Source: Nitrosopumilus sp. (GTDB lineage: Archaea > Thermoproteota > Nitrososphaeria > Nitrososphaerales > Nitrosopumilaceae). Taken from it: a stretch of 64,000 nt of DNA. Both the position numbers and the translations under genes were made by a program. Shown piece by piece: positions 1 through 8,603 of the stretch (positions are counted from its first letter, which is position 1; each line of letters begins with the position of its first letter). The notes under the pieces are model-generated. The model saw nothing but the letters and a program-made list of their open reading frames with translations, did no database searches and was not told the origin of the DNA. The stretch is taken from the NCBI GenBank assembly GCA_963662625.1, contig OY759726.1, positions 864,001 through 928,000 on the forward strand, written 5' to 3'.

Positions 1-2
1 GG

Positions 3-1046
3 GAGGAGATCGCCGCGGCCGCATCAGTTCTAAAAAGCGGCCAACTGACCACCGCTGCCGACGCTGGAGGCGCGCAGGTCCGGGAATTCGAGGCCGCCGC
101 GGCGTCATACCTCAAGGCGAGGTACGCCGTGGCGGTAAATTCCGGCACCGCCGCACTGCAGGCGTCGCTGCACGCGCTGGGCGTCAAGGGGGGCGACGAG
201 GTGCTCGTCCCCTCTTTCACCTACGTGGCCACCGCAAACTCGGTGGCGTCGACCGGCGCGAGGCCCGTCTTTGTCGACATCGTCCGGGACAACTACACCA
301 TGGATCCCGACGATCTGGCAAAAAAGATCACGAGGAAGACCAAGGCAATCATGCCGGTCCACCTTTATGGAAACGTGGCGCCGGTGGACCGAATCTCCGA
401 CGTTGCCAAGAAGAACAACCTGCCTGTCATAGAGGACTCTGCCCAGTCGCTGGGTTCGACCCTCGGGGGGCGCCACGCCGGCACGTTCTTTGATCTGGGG
501 TGCTTTAGCATGTACCCGGGAAAGGTGATCACCTCGGGGGAGGGAGGATTTGTCGTAACCGGCGACAGGAAACTGCGCGACAAGCTGCTGATGATCAGAA
601 ACCACGGCATGGCCTCCGGCAGCGCCAAAACATTCGGGCTAAACCTCCGGCTGCCCGAGATCAGCGCGGCAATAGCCAACGCGCAGATGAGGAGGCTCCC
701 GGGGTTCCTCGAGGCGAGAAGGCGCAACGCCGAGTACCTGACAGAACTGCTCTCCGGCCTGGACATCCGGGTCCCGAACGAGCCGGGGCGCGTCAGGGTA
801 AACTGGGGCCTGTACACCATAGCGACCGCGGCAAGGGACGAAACCCTGAGGCGGCTGAACCGGCGCGGCGTGGGCGCGGCCGTGTACTACCGCGTGCCAG
901 TTCACAAAACCCCGTCCTACGGGGGATCCGCCAGCCTCCCCGTCACCGACTGGGCGGCGGCGCACGTCCTGTCCCTGCCGGTCCACCCGCGGGTCACGAA
1001 GGCCGACGTTGAGTTTATAGCCAAAACCGTCCGTGGTGTGGCATGA
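3..1046 (+). CDS. DegT/DnrJ/EryC1/StrS family PLP aminotransferase (5'-partial)
   Basis: Frame open from the window edge; AVNSGTAAL, MPVHLYG, IEDSAQSLG, FSMYPGK (PLP Lys), GEGG, LSLPVHP motifs. Confidence 0.93.
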   Translation, partial: EEIAAAASVLKSGQLTTAADAGGAQVREFEAAAASYLKARYAVAVNSGTAALQASLHALGVKGGDEVLVPSFTYVATANSVASTGARPVFVDIVRDNYTMDPDDLAKKITRKTKAIMPVHLYGNVAPVDRISDVAKKNNLPVIEDSAQSLGSTLGGRHAGTFFDLGCFSMYPGKVITSGEGGFVVTGDRKLRDKLLMIRNHGMASGSAKTFGLNLRLPEISAAIANAQMRRLPGFLEARRRNAEYLTELLSGLDIRVPNEPGRVRVNWGLYTIATAARDETLRRLNRRGVGAAVYYRVPVHKTPSYGGSASLPVTDWAAAHVLSLPVHPRVTKADVEFIAKTVRGVA

Positions 1047-1513
1047 ACGGCGTGGGCGACGTCCTGGGCGAGATCTGCAAGGCGGTCTTTCCCATACGCG
1101 AGGAATCCTACGCGGGGAACCCGGACGCGCCGGTGGCCATATGCACGCTGTCCAGCATAGGCCTGCTGAGGCAGATCGCAAACTCCGACGTCCTGGGCCG
1201 GATCTCCGTCGCCGGCAGGCTGTTCTCCGAAAACAAGGGAATCGATTCGCTTGTCAGGCACGTCAGCTCGCACAGAAAGATCAAGACCATAGTAGTGTGC
1301 GGAAAGGAGGTGTGGGGCCACAGGGCGGGACACTCGCTGGTGGCGCTGCACGAGAACGGCGTTGACAGGCGCGGGCGAATAGTCGGCTCTGACAGCCCGG
1401 AGCCCTTCCTGACAGCCACGAGGCAGGAGATAGCGCACTTTCAAAACAGGATCACGCTGGTGGACAAAATCGGCGTGACCGACCTTGACTCGATCAGGGG
1501 GCTGGTTCAGTAG
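1043..1513 (+). CDS. MtrA-like (tetrahydromethanopterin methyltransferase subunit A) soluble corrinoid-binding protein
   Basis: VAICTLSS, SENKGI, CGKEVWGHRAGHSLVALHENGV, RIVGSDSPEPFL match MtrA; no C-terminal TM anchor; ATGA overlap with the upstream gene. Confidence 0.8.
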   Translation: MNGVGDVLGEICKAVFPIREESYAGNPDAPVAICTLSSIGLLRQIANSDVLGRISVAGRLFSENKGIDSLVRHVSSHRKIKTIVVCGKEVWGHRAGHSLVALHENGVDRRGRIVGSDSPEPFLTATRQEIAHFQNRITLVDKIGVTDLDSIRGLVQ

Positions 1514-1863
1514 CCCGTCCTCTGCCTCTCCCTGTTGATCTCGTTTTTCCTTGCGTACTCTTCCATGATGTCGTCCGGAGTCAGGCCAAGCTCGATGGAC
1601 GCCTGGATCACAAAATGCCACACGTCGATCAGTTCCTCCCTCGCCTCGCCGGCGTCGAACCGCGACGGGGCCTTCCACCATTTCCAGTTGGTGGTCCTCT
1701 GCAACTCTACCGCCTCGTGGATCATCGCGGTGCACAGGGCAGACACCCTCCCCTCCGTGTCGGGCGGGTACCTGTCAAGGTTCATCATGTCTGCCAAGCC
1801 CCGCTGCATCTCGAAGATTGCCTCCAAACGGTCCCCTGCCTTTTCCGTGATATCCTGGGCCAA
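1507..1863 (-). CDS. All-alpha (dimeric-type) dUTPase / NTP pyrophosphatase
   Basis: HEAVEL..TNWKWWK, EELIDVWHF, YARKNEINRERQRTGY. Confidence 0.88.
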   Translation of the reverse strand: MAQDITEKAGDRLEAIFEMQRGLADMMNLDRYPPDTEGRVSALCTAMIHEAVELQRTTNWKWWKAPSRFDAGEAREELIDVWHFVIQASIELGLTPDDIMEEYARKNEINRERQRTGY

Positions 1864-1901
1864 CTGACAACTGAATGCGGGAGGTTGCCGAACTTAAATA
1901 T

Positions 1902-2795
1902 TTAGACCCGGATCATCCTCTCGTAAGCCCGCACCCTCTTTGCAATGTCCGGCCCCTTCAGCCGCAGCAGCCCGTCCAGCCCGTACCCCCCCACCGCAAA
2001 CGAGCCCATGACGTTTCCATGCACCACGGCCTTTCTGACGTCGGCCAGCTTCGTGGAGTTCTTGCCGGCCAGGTATCCTATCATGGCGCCTGCAAACGAG
2101 TCCCCCGCACCGGTCGGATCCACCACGTCCTCCAGGGAAAAACCCGCGGTCGGAAACACCACGTCCTCAAAAAACATGAGCGATCCGTGCTCGCCCTTCT
2201 TGATAATCACGTACTTGGCGCCCCAGCCCATCATCTTCTTTGCGGACCTTGCCAGGTTGAACTCCTTCGTAAGCAGCCTGGCCTCCTCGTCGTTTATCAC
2301 CACCGCGTCCACCGCCCCGATCATCCTTACCACGGCCTCCCTCTTCGTCGATATCCAGAAGTCAATCGTGTCGCACATGGAGAACTTTACCTTGTCGAAC
2401 TCCCTGATCACCGATGAGTTCTGCTCGGGGTCGTTGTTTGCCAGGTACACAAACCGGGACTTTTTGTACCCGTCCGGGATCTTGGGCTTGAAGCCCTCCA
2501 GCACGTTCAGTTCGGTCTTCAGGGTCGTCCTGGCGCTCAGCGTCCTGTCGTAGCTGCCGTCGTAGCGGAACGTCCTTCCGTCGCCCGACTCCAAGCCCTG
2601 CAGATCCGCGTACCTTGCCAGCACGCGGCGGTATCTCTCGGGAAAGTCTTCTCCGACGATCGCCACCAGTCCGACATCTACAAAGTTGCTTGCCGAGACG
2701 GCCGCGAAAGTCGCCGCCCCGCCAAGGACGTCCCTCAGGGTCTTCCTCGGAGTCCTGATCGTGTCCAGTGCGGCAGACCCAAAAACCGTGAGCAT
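1902..2795 (-). CDS. PfkB family carbohydrate/nucleoside kinase
   Basis: True start MLTVFGSAALD; GGAATFAA, NDEEAR, VDPTGAGDSFAGA signature. Confidence 0.92.
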   Translation of the reverse strand: MLTVFGSAALDTIRTPRKTLRDVLGGAATFAAVSASNFVDVGLVAIVGEDFPERYRRVLARYADLQGLESGDGRTFRYDGSYDRTLSARTTLKTELNVLEGFKPKIPDGYKKSRFVYLANNDPEQNSSVIREFDKVKFSMCDTIDFWISTKREAVVRMIGAVDAVVINDEEARLLTKEFNLARSAKKMMGWGAKYVIIKKGEHGSLMFFEDVVFPTAGFSLEDVVDPTGAGDSFAGAMIGYLAGKNSTKLADVRKAVVHGNVMGSFAVGGYGLDGLLRLKGPDIAKRVRAYERMIRV

Positions 2796-2806
2796 TCCCT
2801 GAAAAG

Positions 2807-3259
2807 CTAGCCCCCGTCTATAAATTCCCTTGTCTGCTCCTCCGTGGGATGGAACACGAACGGGATCCCTATGGAGGCCAGCAGCACATCGTATTCTGCC
2901 AGCCCGCTTATCTTCAGCGTGGGCGGATCGTCCGGATCCATCCCAGAGTCCGTCTCGAACGTCCCCTTCACCAGGCTGCTCCCGAGCGCGGGAAGCACAA
3001 ACGGCTCCAGCCTGCCCTCCCCGGCCAGCTCGCCGTCGGCAACCACGAAGAACTCCGATTCCCCAGCGCCCAGTATCAGCAGGGAGGGGTTGTCGAACCG
3101 CAACTCCACGCCGTAGGAGGATCCGTGCTCGCCTTCTTCCAAGAGCTCGCTGTGGGTGATGGCCACGCCTATCTGGGAGGCCGACGCGATCTGGGAGCAG
3201 CCAAAGGCCACGGCGCCGATCACGAGCACCGCGATCGCCGCCTTGCTGGAACCCCCCAT
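2807..3259 (-). CDS. Hypothetical membrane-anchored protein (LEA/WHy-like beta domain)
   Basis: N-terminal hydrophobic helix, FDNPS motif, beta-rich; 11 nt upstream of the PfkB gene. Confidence 0.6.
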   Translation of the reverse strand: MGGSSKAAIAVLVIGAVAFGCSQIASASQIGVAITHSELLEEGEHGSSYGVELRFDNPSLLILGAGESEFFVVADGELAGEGRLEPFVLPALGSSLVKGTFETDSGMDPDDPPTLKISGLAEYDVLLASIGIPFVFHPTEEQTREFIDGG

Positions 3260-3391
3260 GCGCCGGCATCGTGGAATTCTCTTTTAACCCAAGGGCGCAA
3301 AATTTCGAATTATGTGTGTAAAAGTTTTGATCTAGTCTTAAACCTCATTAGAGCTAGCAGAATAAATCACAAAACCGCGGTTTAGGTGTAG

Positions 3392-3904
3392 ATGGCCAAG
3401 ATAAAGATCAGGTTTGGAACAAGCGAAATCGAGGTAGACTCGCGTGACTTTTACCTGGACAACCAAACCGTCGGCAACGTCATCGAGGATCTTTCCAAAC
3501 ACATGAGCGGGAACCCGGAAACGCCGGCGCGTGAGGCGCCAGCGCCAGAAGCTGGCCGCGGCAGCCTCGAGTCCCTCAGGGACGCAGAAGCCTTCGAGCC
3601 GGAGTTTGACGAGCCACGGCACATAGAGGCCGGCGAAATAAGGCCAAGGCTGAGGGCCCTGGAATCTGACAGGTTTTTCGATTCCCCGAGGACAGTCGCC
3701 GAGACGGTCAAGCAGCTGAGGGAATCCGGCTGGGACGCAAGCTCGCTTGACGTGTCGGTGGCCTTGGCCCGGATGGCGTCCAGCAAGGAAATTTCAAAGA
3801 ATTCCGACGAAGACCGCACGTATTACTTTGCCCGGGAGGGCCCGACCCCGGCAGCCTCGTACCCGCACTTCCCGCACGCAGTGAGCGTCTCCCCCCCCAG
3901 ATGA
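3392..3904 (+). CDS. Conserved hypothetical protein with C-terminal winged-helix-like segment
   Basis: MAKIKIRFGTSEIEVDS; FFDSPRTVAETVKQLRESGW; AT-rich promoter upstream. Confidence 0.7.
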   Translation: MAKIKIRFGTSEIEVDSRDFYLDNQTVGNVIEDLSKHMSGNPETPAREAPAPEAGRGSLESLRDAEAFEPEFDEPRHIEAGEIRPRLRALESDRFFDSPRTVAETVKQLRESGWDASSLDVSVALARMASSKEISKNSDEDRTYYFAREGPTPAASYPHFPHAVSVSPPR

Positions 3905-4044
3905 TCAAAGTGCGCGTTGCATTCCTTGCATGTGTGGTGCATGTCGAAATACCCGTCCTCCTCGACCTCGCCGGTCCGGCTTGACTCCAGCTCGGTACTG
4001 CCGCACCTAATGCAGCGGCATCCGCAGGCAATCTTCAGGGCCAG
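3823..4044 (-). CDS. Small Zn-ribbon protein (73 aa, CTG start; not in ORF track)
   Basis: Manual translation: ALKIACGCRCIRCGSTELES...DMHHTCKECNAHFDHLGGETLTACGKCGY; three CxxC pairs. Confidence 0.7.
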   Translation of the reverse strand: MALKIACGCRCIRCGSTELESSRTGEVEEDGYFDMHHTCKECNAHFDHLGGETLTACGKCGYEAAGVGPSRAK

Positions 4045-4086
4045 TCACCGGCAACGTATGTATAGCTGCCTTATCTATACCTACCA

Positions 4087-4239
4087 TTGGCTGACCGGGA
4101 GATCCCGATCGAGATAGATGACCACTTTAGGCTTTTTGGCAAAGAACCGTGGGAGGTGGACTATGGCGAGAAGTGCCCGGTATGCGATACCCGGGTCGAC
4201 GAGTATGGCTTCTGCTCCTGCGGCTCCTGCGGGGACTAG
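4087..4239 (+). CDS. Small Cys-rich protein (50 aa, TTG start; not in ORF track)
   Basis: MADREIPIEIDDHFRLFGKEPWEVDYGEKCPVCDTRVDEYGFCSCGSCGD. Confidence 0.72.
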   Translation: MADREIPIEIDDHFRLFGKEPWEVDYGEKCPVCDTRVDEYGFCSCGSCGD

Positions 4240-5165
4240 CCCCGGGCGGGATCCGCCAAACCCCGAAAGCCCGGCAGGCGGAGTCCCGCAGTTCCGGCCC
4301 CCAGCGCCAGGACCACCGCCACAAAACCGGCGATCAGCGGCACCATGGGGGGGAACTCGGGGATCACCGTGGTCCCGACGATCTCGATCCTCCCGCCGGA
4401 CTCGGGCTTTGCCGTTAGCCACACGTGCGTCCCGTCGTTGATGTAATCGCTAAAGTGGATCTTTTCGCCGTCGAGAAACACGCTGTATGGATCCCCCAGC
4501 AGCTCCGTGGGGATTATGGCCGTGACAAACTTGCCCCCGCCGGCCACGTCGAAACCTATGCTCCTTGCGGGCTGGTCAAACACAAACCGCTCTATCCCGG
4601 ACAGCGTCCTTATCTCCACAAGAAACTCGTTTTCCTCCCACGCCACGCTCTCAAAAACCCTGGGCTCGTCAATGGCGTATTCCAGCAGCATGTTGCAGCC
4701 GTGGCACGCGATTCCGCTCTTTTCACCTACGTATACCGGCTTGCCGTTGGCAAAAACCAGGTCGACCCCCTGGGGAATGTAAAACCTTGTCAGCGCGCCG
4801 TAGTTGAAGTCCATCGTCCACACCCCGTCAACCAGGGCCATCTCGCCCAGCAAGTCGTACTCCACCACGGTCTTCTGCTCCGACGCGAAAAGCAGGACCT
4901 GCCTGCCCTCCACCACGGTCTCGAACCCGACCTCGTTTCCCTGCATGTCCCGGACCAAAACGTTGGCCGCGGTCCCGCTCACCAGCGGCAGCTGCTGGTG
5001 CTCGTCGGAGTCCTTGACGACGTGCCTGACGTGCACGTCCCCCTGGTGGCCGATCCTCACCTCCACCGCCTCGTGGTCCGCATGCTTTCCGGGGGGTTCT
5101 TCCGCGTAGGCAGGGGGCACCGCGGCAATTAGGGCTAGAAGAAACGCGCCTAGCTTTGGATCCAT
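4236..5165 (-). CDS. PEF-CTERM sorting domain surface protein
   Basis: Signal peptide; C-terminal TTVIPEFP followed by a TM helix; GIACHGC motif. Confidence 0.8.
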   Translation of the reverse strand: MDPKLGAFLLALIAAVPPAYAEEPPGKHADHEAVEVRIGHQGDVHVRHVVKDSDEHQQLPLVSGTAANVLVRDMQGNEVGFETVVEGRQVLLFASEQKTVVEYDLLGEMALVDGVWTMDFNYGALTRFYIPQGVDLVFANGKPVYVGEKSGIACHGCNMLLEYAIDEPRVFESVAWEENEFLVEIRTLSGIERFVFDQPARSIGFDVAGGGKFVTAIIPTELLGDPYSVFLDGEKIHFSDYINDGTHVWLTAKPESGGRIEIVGTTVIPEFPPMVPLIAGFVAVVLALGAGTAGLRLPGFRGLADPARG

Positions 5166-5642
5166 TTACTCCACTGTTACACGAAGCATCTTTGCCTCCT
5201 GCACGGGGCAGTCGTTGCCGTCCCGCTGCAGGTTGACAATCTTGTCGGCCACGTCCATTCCCTCGGTGACTTCCCCAAACACCGTGTACTGCCTGTCCAG
5301 AAACGTACTGTCCGTCGTCACTATGAAAAACTGCGATCCCGCACTGTCGGGATCCTGCGCCCTGGCCATGGACACGATCCCCCGCAGGTGTGAGCGCGGG
5401 CTGAATTCGGCCTTTATGGTGTAGCCCGGGCCCCCGGTGCCCCACGAGCCCCTGTTGCTTGTCTTCGTATTGGGGTCTCCCCCCTGTATCATGAACCCCG
5501 GGATGACCCTGTGGAAGAGGGTTCCGTCATAAAACCCGTCCCTGGCCAACTTTTCGAAATTCCGCACGGTCTCCGGCGCCAGTTCGGGCAGCAGCTTGAA
5601 CGAGATCCTTCCCATGTTCGTCTCTACCGTCGCCGTGCTCAA
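5166..5642 (-). CDS. Cyclophilin-type peptidyl-prolyl cis-trans isomerase
   Basis: FYDGTLFHRVIPGFMIQGGDP, SMAR, SAGSQFFI, YTVFGEV; probable TTG start at 5642. Confidence 0.95.
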   Translation of the reverse strand: MSTATVETNMGRISFKLLPELAPETVRNFEKLARDGFYDGTLFHRVIPGFMIQGGDPNTKTSNRGSWGTGGPGYTIKAEFSPRSHLRGIVSMARAQDPDSAGSQFFIVTTDSTFLDRQYTVFGEVTEGMDVADKIVNLQRDGNDCPVQEAKMLRVTVE

Positions 5643-5874
5643 CGGTGGACGGTGGGCGGCCTCAGCATAAGAGTCTTTTCGTGGATGCGCGCGGCAAGGC
5701 GCGCGCGTACTGCCTGGGCACGGCCGGAACCACACGCCGCGCCCGGCCGCCCAAATGCGCCCCCGAGTTCGGGCACCTTTCCTTCCCGGGAGCTTTTAGC
5801 CCCCCAGCCGCACTGAAATTTTAACCTACCCGCAAGTTATAATCTTATATAGAACAATTAAAATTTAGAATCTG

Positions 5875-6099
5875 TTGAATCGTACAAATCAGAGCGCGAC
5901 AATTAAAGAAGCAATTAATTCTCATCTTGACAAAGGTGTAACCGACAAGCAGGACATCTACAGCAAGGTTGTCGACGAGCTTGGCGTCCCCCGGCCCACC
6001 GTCAGAAGGGTCGCAAGAGATCTGAGAACGGAGTTCTTGCAAAAAATACAGATCCTGCAGTCCGACATGCCTAAATCCACGACGTCCGAAGGCGACTAA
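5875..6099 (+). CDS. Small HTH-like hypothetical protein
   Basis: IYSKVVDELGVPRPTVRRVARDLR; TATA-like element upstream and T-rich terminator downstream. Confidence 0.7.
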   Translation: MNRTNQSATIKEAINSHLDKGVTDKQDIYSKVVDELGVPRPTVRRVARDLRTEFLQKIQILQSDMPKSTTSEGD

Positions 6100-6254
6100 C
6101 CGCCCCCTTCTTTTTCACTAGTCCCCCCGCGCGCCCGGCCAAAACCCGCGCCGCCAAGCGCCTCGTGGAGGGCGCGTCCAGGCAGGCCGCTTCCTGCTTT
6201 TGCCATAACGCGTTTGGCATTACTGTTATAAGCGGTGGGCTATTCCACTAAAAC

Positions 6255-6731
6255 ATGGGCTACATGGGCAACCACCTGGCCACGGTCTCGACCGGGGCCT
6301 TTGCCGCGGTGCTTACCGGCCTGTGGCCCGTGTTCGTGGACTATTCCCCGATCCTGAACTTCATATTCATCATGGCGGTCCCCATCACGTGGTTCCTGAC
6401 ATTCACCTGCTGGATCTCGCAGAAAAGCGCGGATTACATGCACAACAGGCATGTGGATCCCCCAGCCGGCCCCGAAAAAAAAAGCTTGAGCGGCCCGCGG
6501 GCGACCCAGGTCTACGCCCCTGACGGAGAACATGCCAGCATAATCACGGAAGCCAAAACCGAACTCTCCGAGGAATTAAACCAGCTCAAGGCAACCATAA
6601 AGCTGAAGGACGGCGAAATTGAGAGGCTGAACGAGGAGATCTCCAGCCTGCAGACGCTGGTGCAGATCGAGTCCCTGAAGACGGAACTCGCCAACCTGAA
6701 GGCGCTGGCCTCCGAACAGGACAAGAGTTAA
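6255..6731 (+). CDS. Hypothetical membrane protein (2 TM + coiled coil)
   Basis: Two hydrophobic N-terminal segments; heptad-rich C-terminus; TTATAA about 25 nt upstream. Confidence 0.75.
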   Translation: MGYMGNHLATVSTGAFAAVLTGLWPVFVDYSPILNFIFIMAVPITWFLTFTCWISQKSADYMHNRHVDPPAGPEKKSLSGPRATQVYAPDGEHASIITEAKTELSEELNQLKATIKLKDGEIERLNEEISSLQTLVQIESLKTELANLKALASEQDKS

Positions 6732-6736
6732 GATCC

Positions 6737-6850
6737 TCACTGCCTGCAATGGCCGCACACGACGCCGTGGTTGCCTTTGCAGCCAGGGCAACTCTCAGCC
6801 CCCCCGAAATGGCACTTGCACGAACACGCCCCCGCGGGATCCTTTCCCAT
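6737..6850 (-). CDS. Cys/His-rich microprotein, metallothionein-like (37 aa; not in ORF track)
   Basis: MGKDPAGACSCKCHFGGAESCPGCKGNHGVVCGHCRQ; TTTAAG upstream. Confidence 0.55.
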   Translation of the reverse strand: MGKDPAGACSCKCHFGGAESCPGCKGNHGVVCGHCRQ

Positions 6851-6963
6851 GGGGACCGTGGCACGTTCCCGTTATTTGATTCTTAAACCAGTATCCAGGG
6901 AACCGTGCGGGGCAGCCGCACCCCGCGCCCGCCCCCCGTGGGGCGCCCCCGGAGCCTCGCCGG

Positions 6964-7512
6964 CTATCCCCCGCCGCCGCGTGTCCTTGAAGCCAGCTCC
7001 AGCGTCCCGTCTACCAGCTCCTTCAGCCTCTGCCGCGCGCCCTCGTCCGAGACCGACTCCCCCGAAACGGACTCTGTGGTAAGAAAGACCGCCTTCGGGT
7101 TTGTTATGGCCCTGAAATATGACATCAGCTGGGTTACCAGCGTCTGGACGCCAATAAACCCTATGTTGCCAGCGGCCAGAATCGCGACCCCCGCGACCTT
7201 TCCCTCCGTCTTTTTGTAATCCACGTATTCAAAGAGGTTTTTCAAGGCGGAACTGAAGAACGAGTTGTAGATCGGCGTGCCAACCAGCCACACGTCGGCA
7301 TCGGTCAAGTCCGCCGCCGCCTTCCCCGTGTGTTCGTTGTATCCCTCGTCGGGCCCCCGGTAACACTCCACCAGGCCTTCTGACAGGTTGATCAGGCGCG
7401 TGTCGGCATTTTTTGTTTTGGCATACTCGTAGACGTATTTCATCATCACCTGCGTGTTCGCGTTCCTTCTGGGGCTCCCGGAAATTACTACGACCTTCAC
7501 AACTTCTGCCAC
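6964..7512 (-). CDS. NAD(P)H-dependent FMN reductase (flavodoxin-like)
   Basis: ISGSPRRNANT, GTPIYNSFFSSALKNLFE. Confidence 0.9.
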   Translation of the reverse strand: MAEVVKVVVISGSPRRNANTQVMMKYVYEYAKTKNADTRLINLSEGLVECYRGPDEGYNEHTGKAAADLTDADVWLVGTPIYNSFFSSALKNLFEYVDYKKTEGKVAGVAILAAGNIGFIGVQTLVTQLMSYFRAITNPKAVFLTTESVSGESVSDEGARQRLKELVDGTLELASRTRGGGG

Positions 7513-7896
7513 CCGCCAATGTATTTAAGTTGCACATTTTACAAGGCGGCCTTGGATCCCCGGCGCCCGCCCGGCCCCGCAAAGGAGGACGCCCCGCGGC
7601 GCCTTCGTGCATGCAGGCCCGCCTCCGGCCGCGCGTCCCCGCCCGCCCGCCGGAATCCGGCCCGCCTGACTTCCCTGATCGAGGCGCACGAGCACGTGGT
7701 ACCCGCCGGGGCGCGGCTGCCCCGACGATCCGCCCCCGGCAATCCGTGGGCCGCGCGCCATGGCGGGCGCACGCAGCTTCCGATCCGCGGCGCGCCCGCA
7801 AGGAGGCGGCAGGAAGTTCGAGAAAGACGGGCGCGGGGATTGCGCCGCGCGGCACCGGCCGAACTTAGAAAAACTGATGTGTGATTCCGCCCAACC

Positions 7897-8320
7897 GTGA
7901 CCCGCCATGAAAACCCGGCCGTCCTTCTTCTGCTCGGGTTAGCCCCGCTTCCGTTAACCGACGCGCCCGCCCAACTAACAATCGCGGACATTGTTGAACC
8001 GGAGACAGAAAGGGAGCTGCAGGACGAAGACAACAGCGTGCCCGGCACGGCGGTGGCCCTGATCTATTCGGACACCTCGTGGAGCGGGGCTGTTTCGGGC
8101 GCAGAAGACCTCGAGGTGCCTTCAAAGGACGGCGCGGGCGACGCAAAGTTTACCGTCCCGTGCAAGGAGGGATTCGCGACAACGGCGCAAGGGGACGTGC
8201 AGAAAACCAGAGACCGGCTATCTGGCGGCGGCGATAATCCAGTATGGGAAGCCGCAGGCCATCGAGTCTGCCGACAAGGCGTTTGGAGCGGCGTGGGCGT
8301 CAGCCCGGCGCCTGCCGGAA
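7897..8320 (+). pseudogene. Frameshifted remnant of a secreted hypothetical protein
   Basis: Protein-like IYSDTSWSGAV...FTVPCKEG...VQKT continues in another frame near 8210 as TGYLAAAIIQYGKPQAIESADKAFGAAW. Confidence 0.45.
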
Positions 8321-8487
8321 CCGGAACTCCCAACGCCCCCCGGGGGGCCTACGCAGCCCGCGGGGGCGCCGGACAAAGAACCCGGATCGCCCGCGGGGCA
8401 AGAAGGCGGAGGGTGCCTCATCGCGACGGCGCCGCCACGTCCCCGCAGAAAGGGCGGCATGCCGGCCGCCCGGGCGTTGTAAAAAAA

Positions 8488-8579
8488 CGGGCTTGGAGGG
8501 CTTCGATCCCTCGACCTGTAACTTAGGAGGCTACTGCGCTATCCATATTGCGCGCCAGACGGCTCTGCGCTACAAGCCC
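8488..8579 (-). tRNA. tRNA-Arg(CCT) with a 17-nt intron at position 15/16
   Basis: Acceptor GGGCTTG/CAAGCCC; anticodon arm GTAGC-CT CCT AA-GTTAC; T-arm GAGGG-ATCGAAG-CCCTC; intron 8548-8564; oligo-T downstream. Confidence 0.9.
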
Positions 8580-8603
8580 AGCAAAAAGCAGGTTTGTAAT
8601 TAT

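Noticed and set aside
1043-1513. Evidence for methanogenesis
   Set aside because: A lone MtrA-like domain without an anchor or other mtr/mcr genes in the window
2796-3269. Long N-terminal extensions of track ORFs (PfkB, RtcA, UbiB, AtpI, cyclophilin) as fusions
   Set aside because: Spurious upstream open frames caused by high GC; they overlap other genes or decayed spacers, and the family-typical starts lie downstream
7540-7560. att duplication of the tRNA-Arg 3' end
   Set aside because: Only a short, imperfect match; not significant
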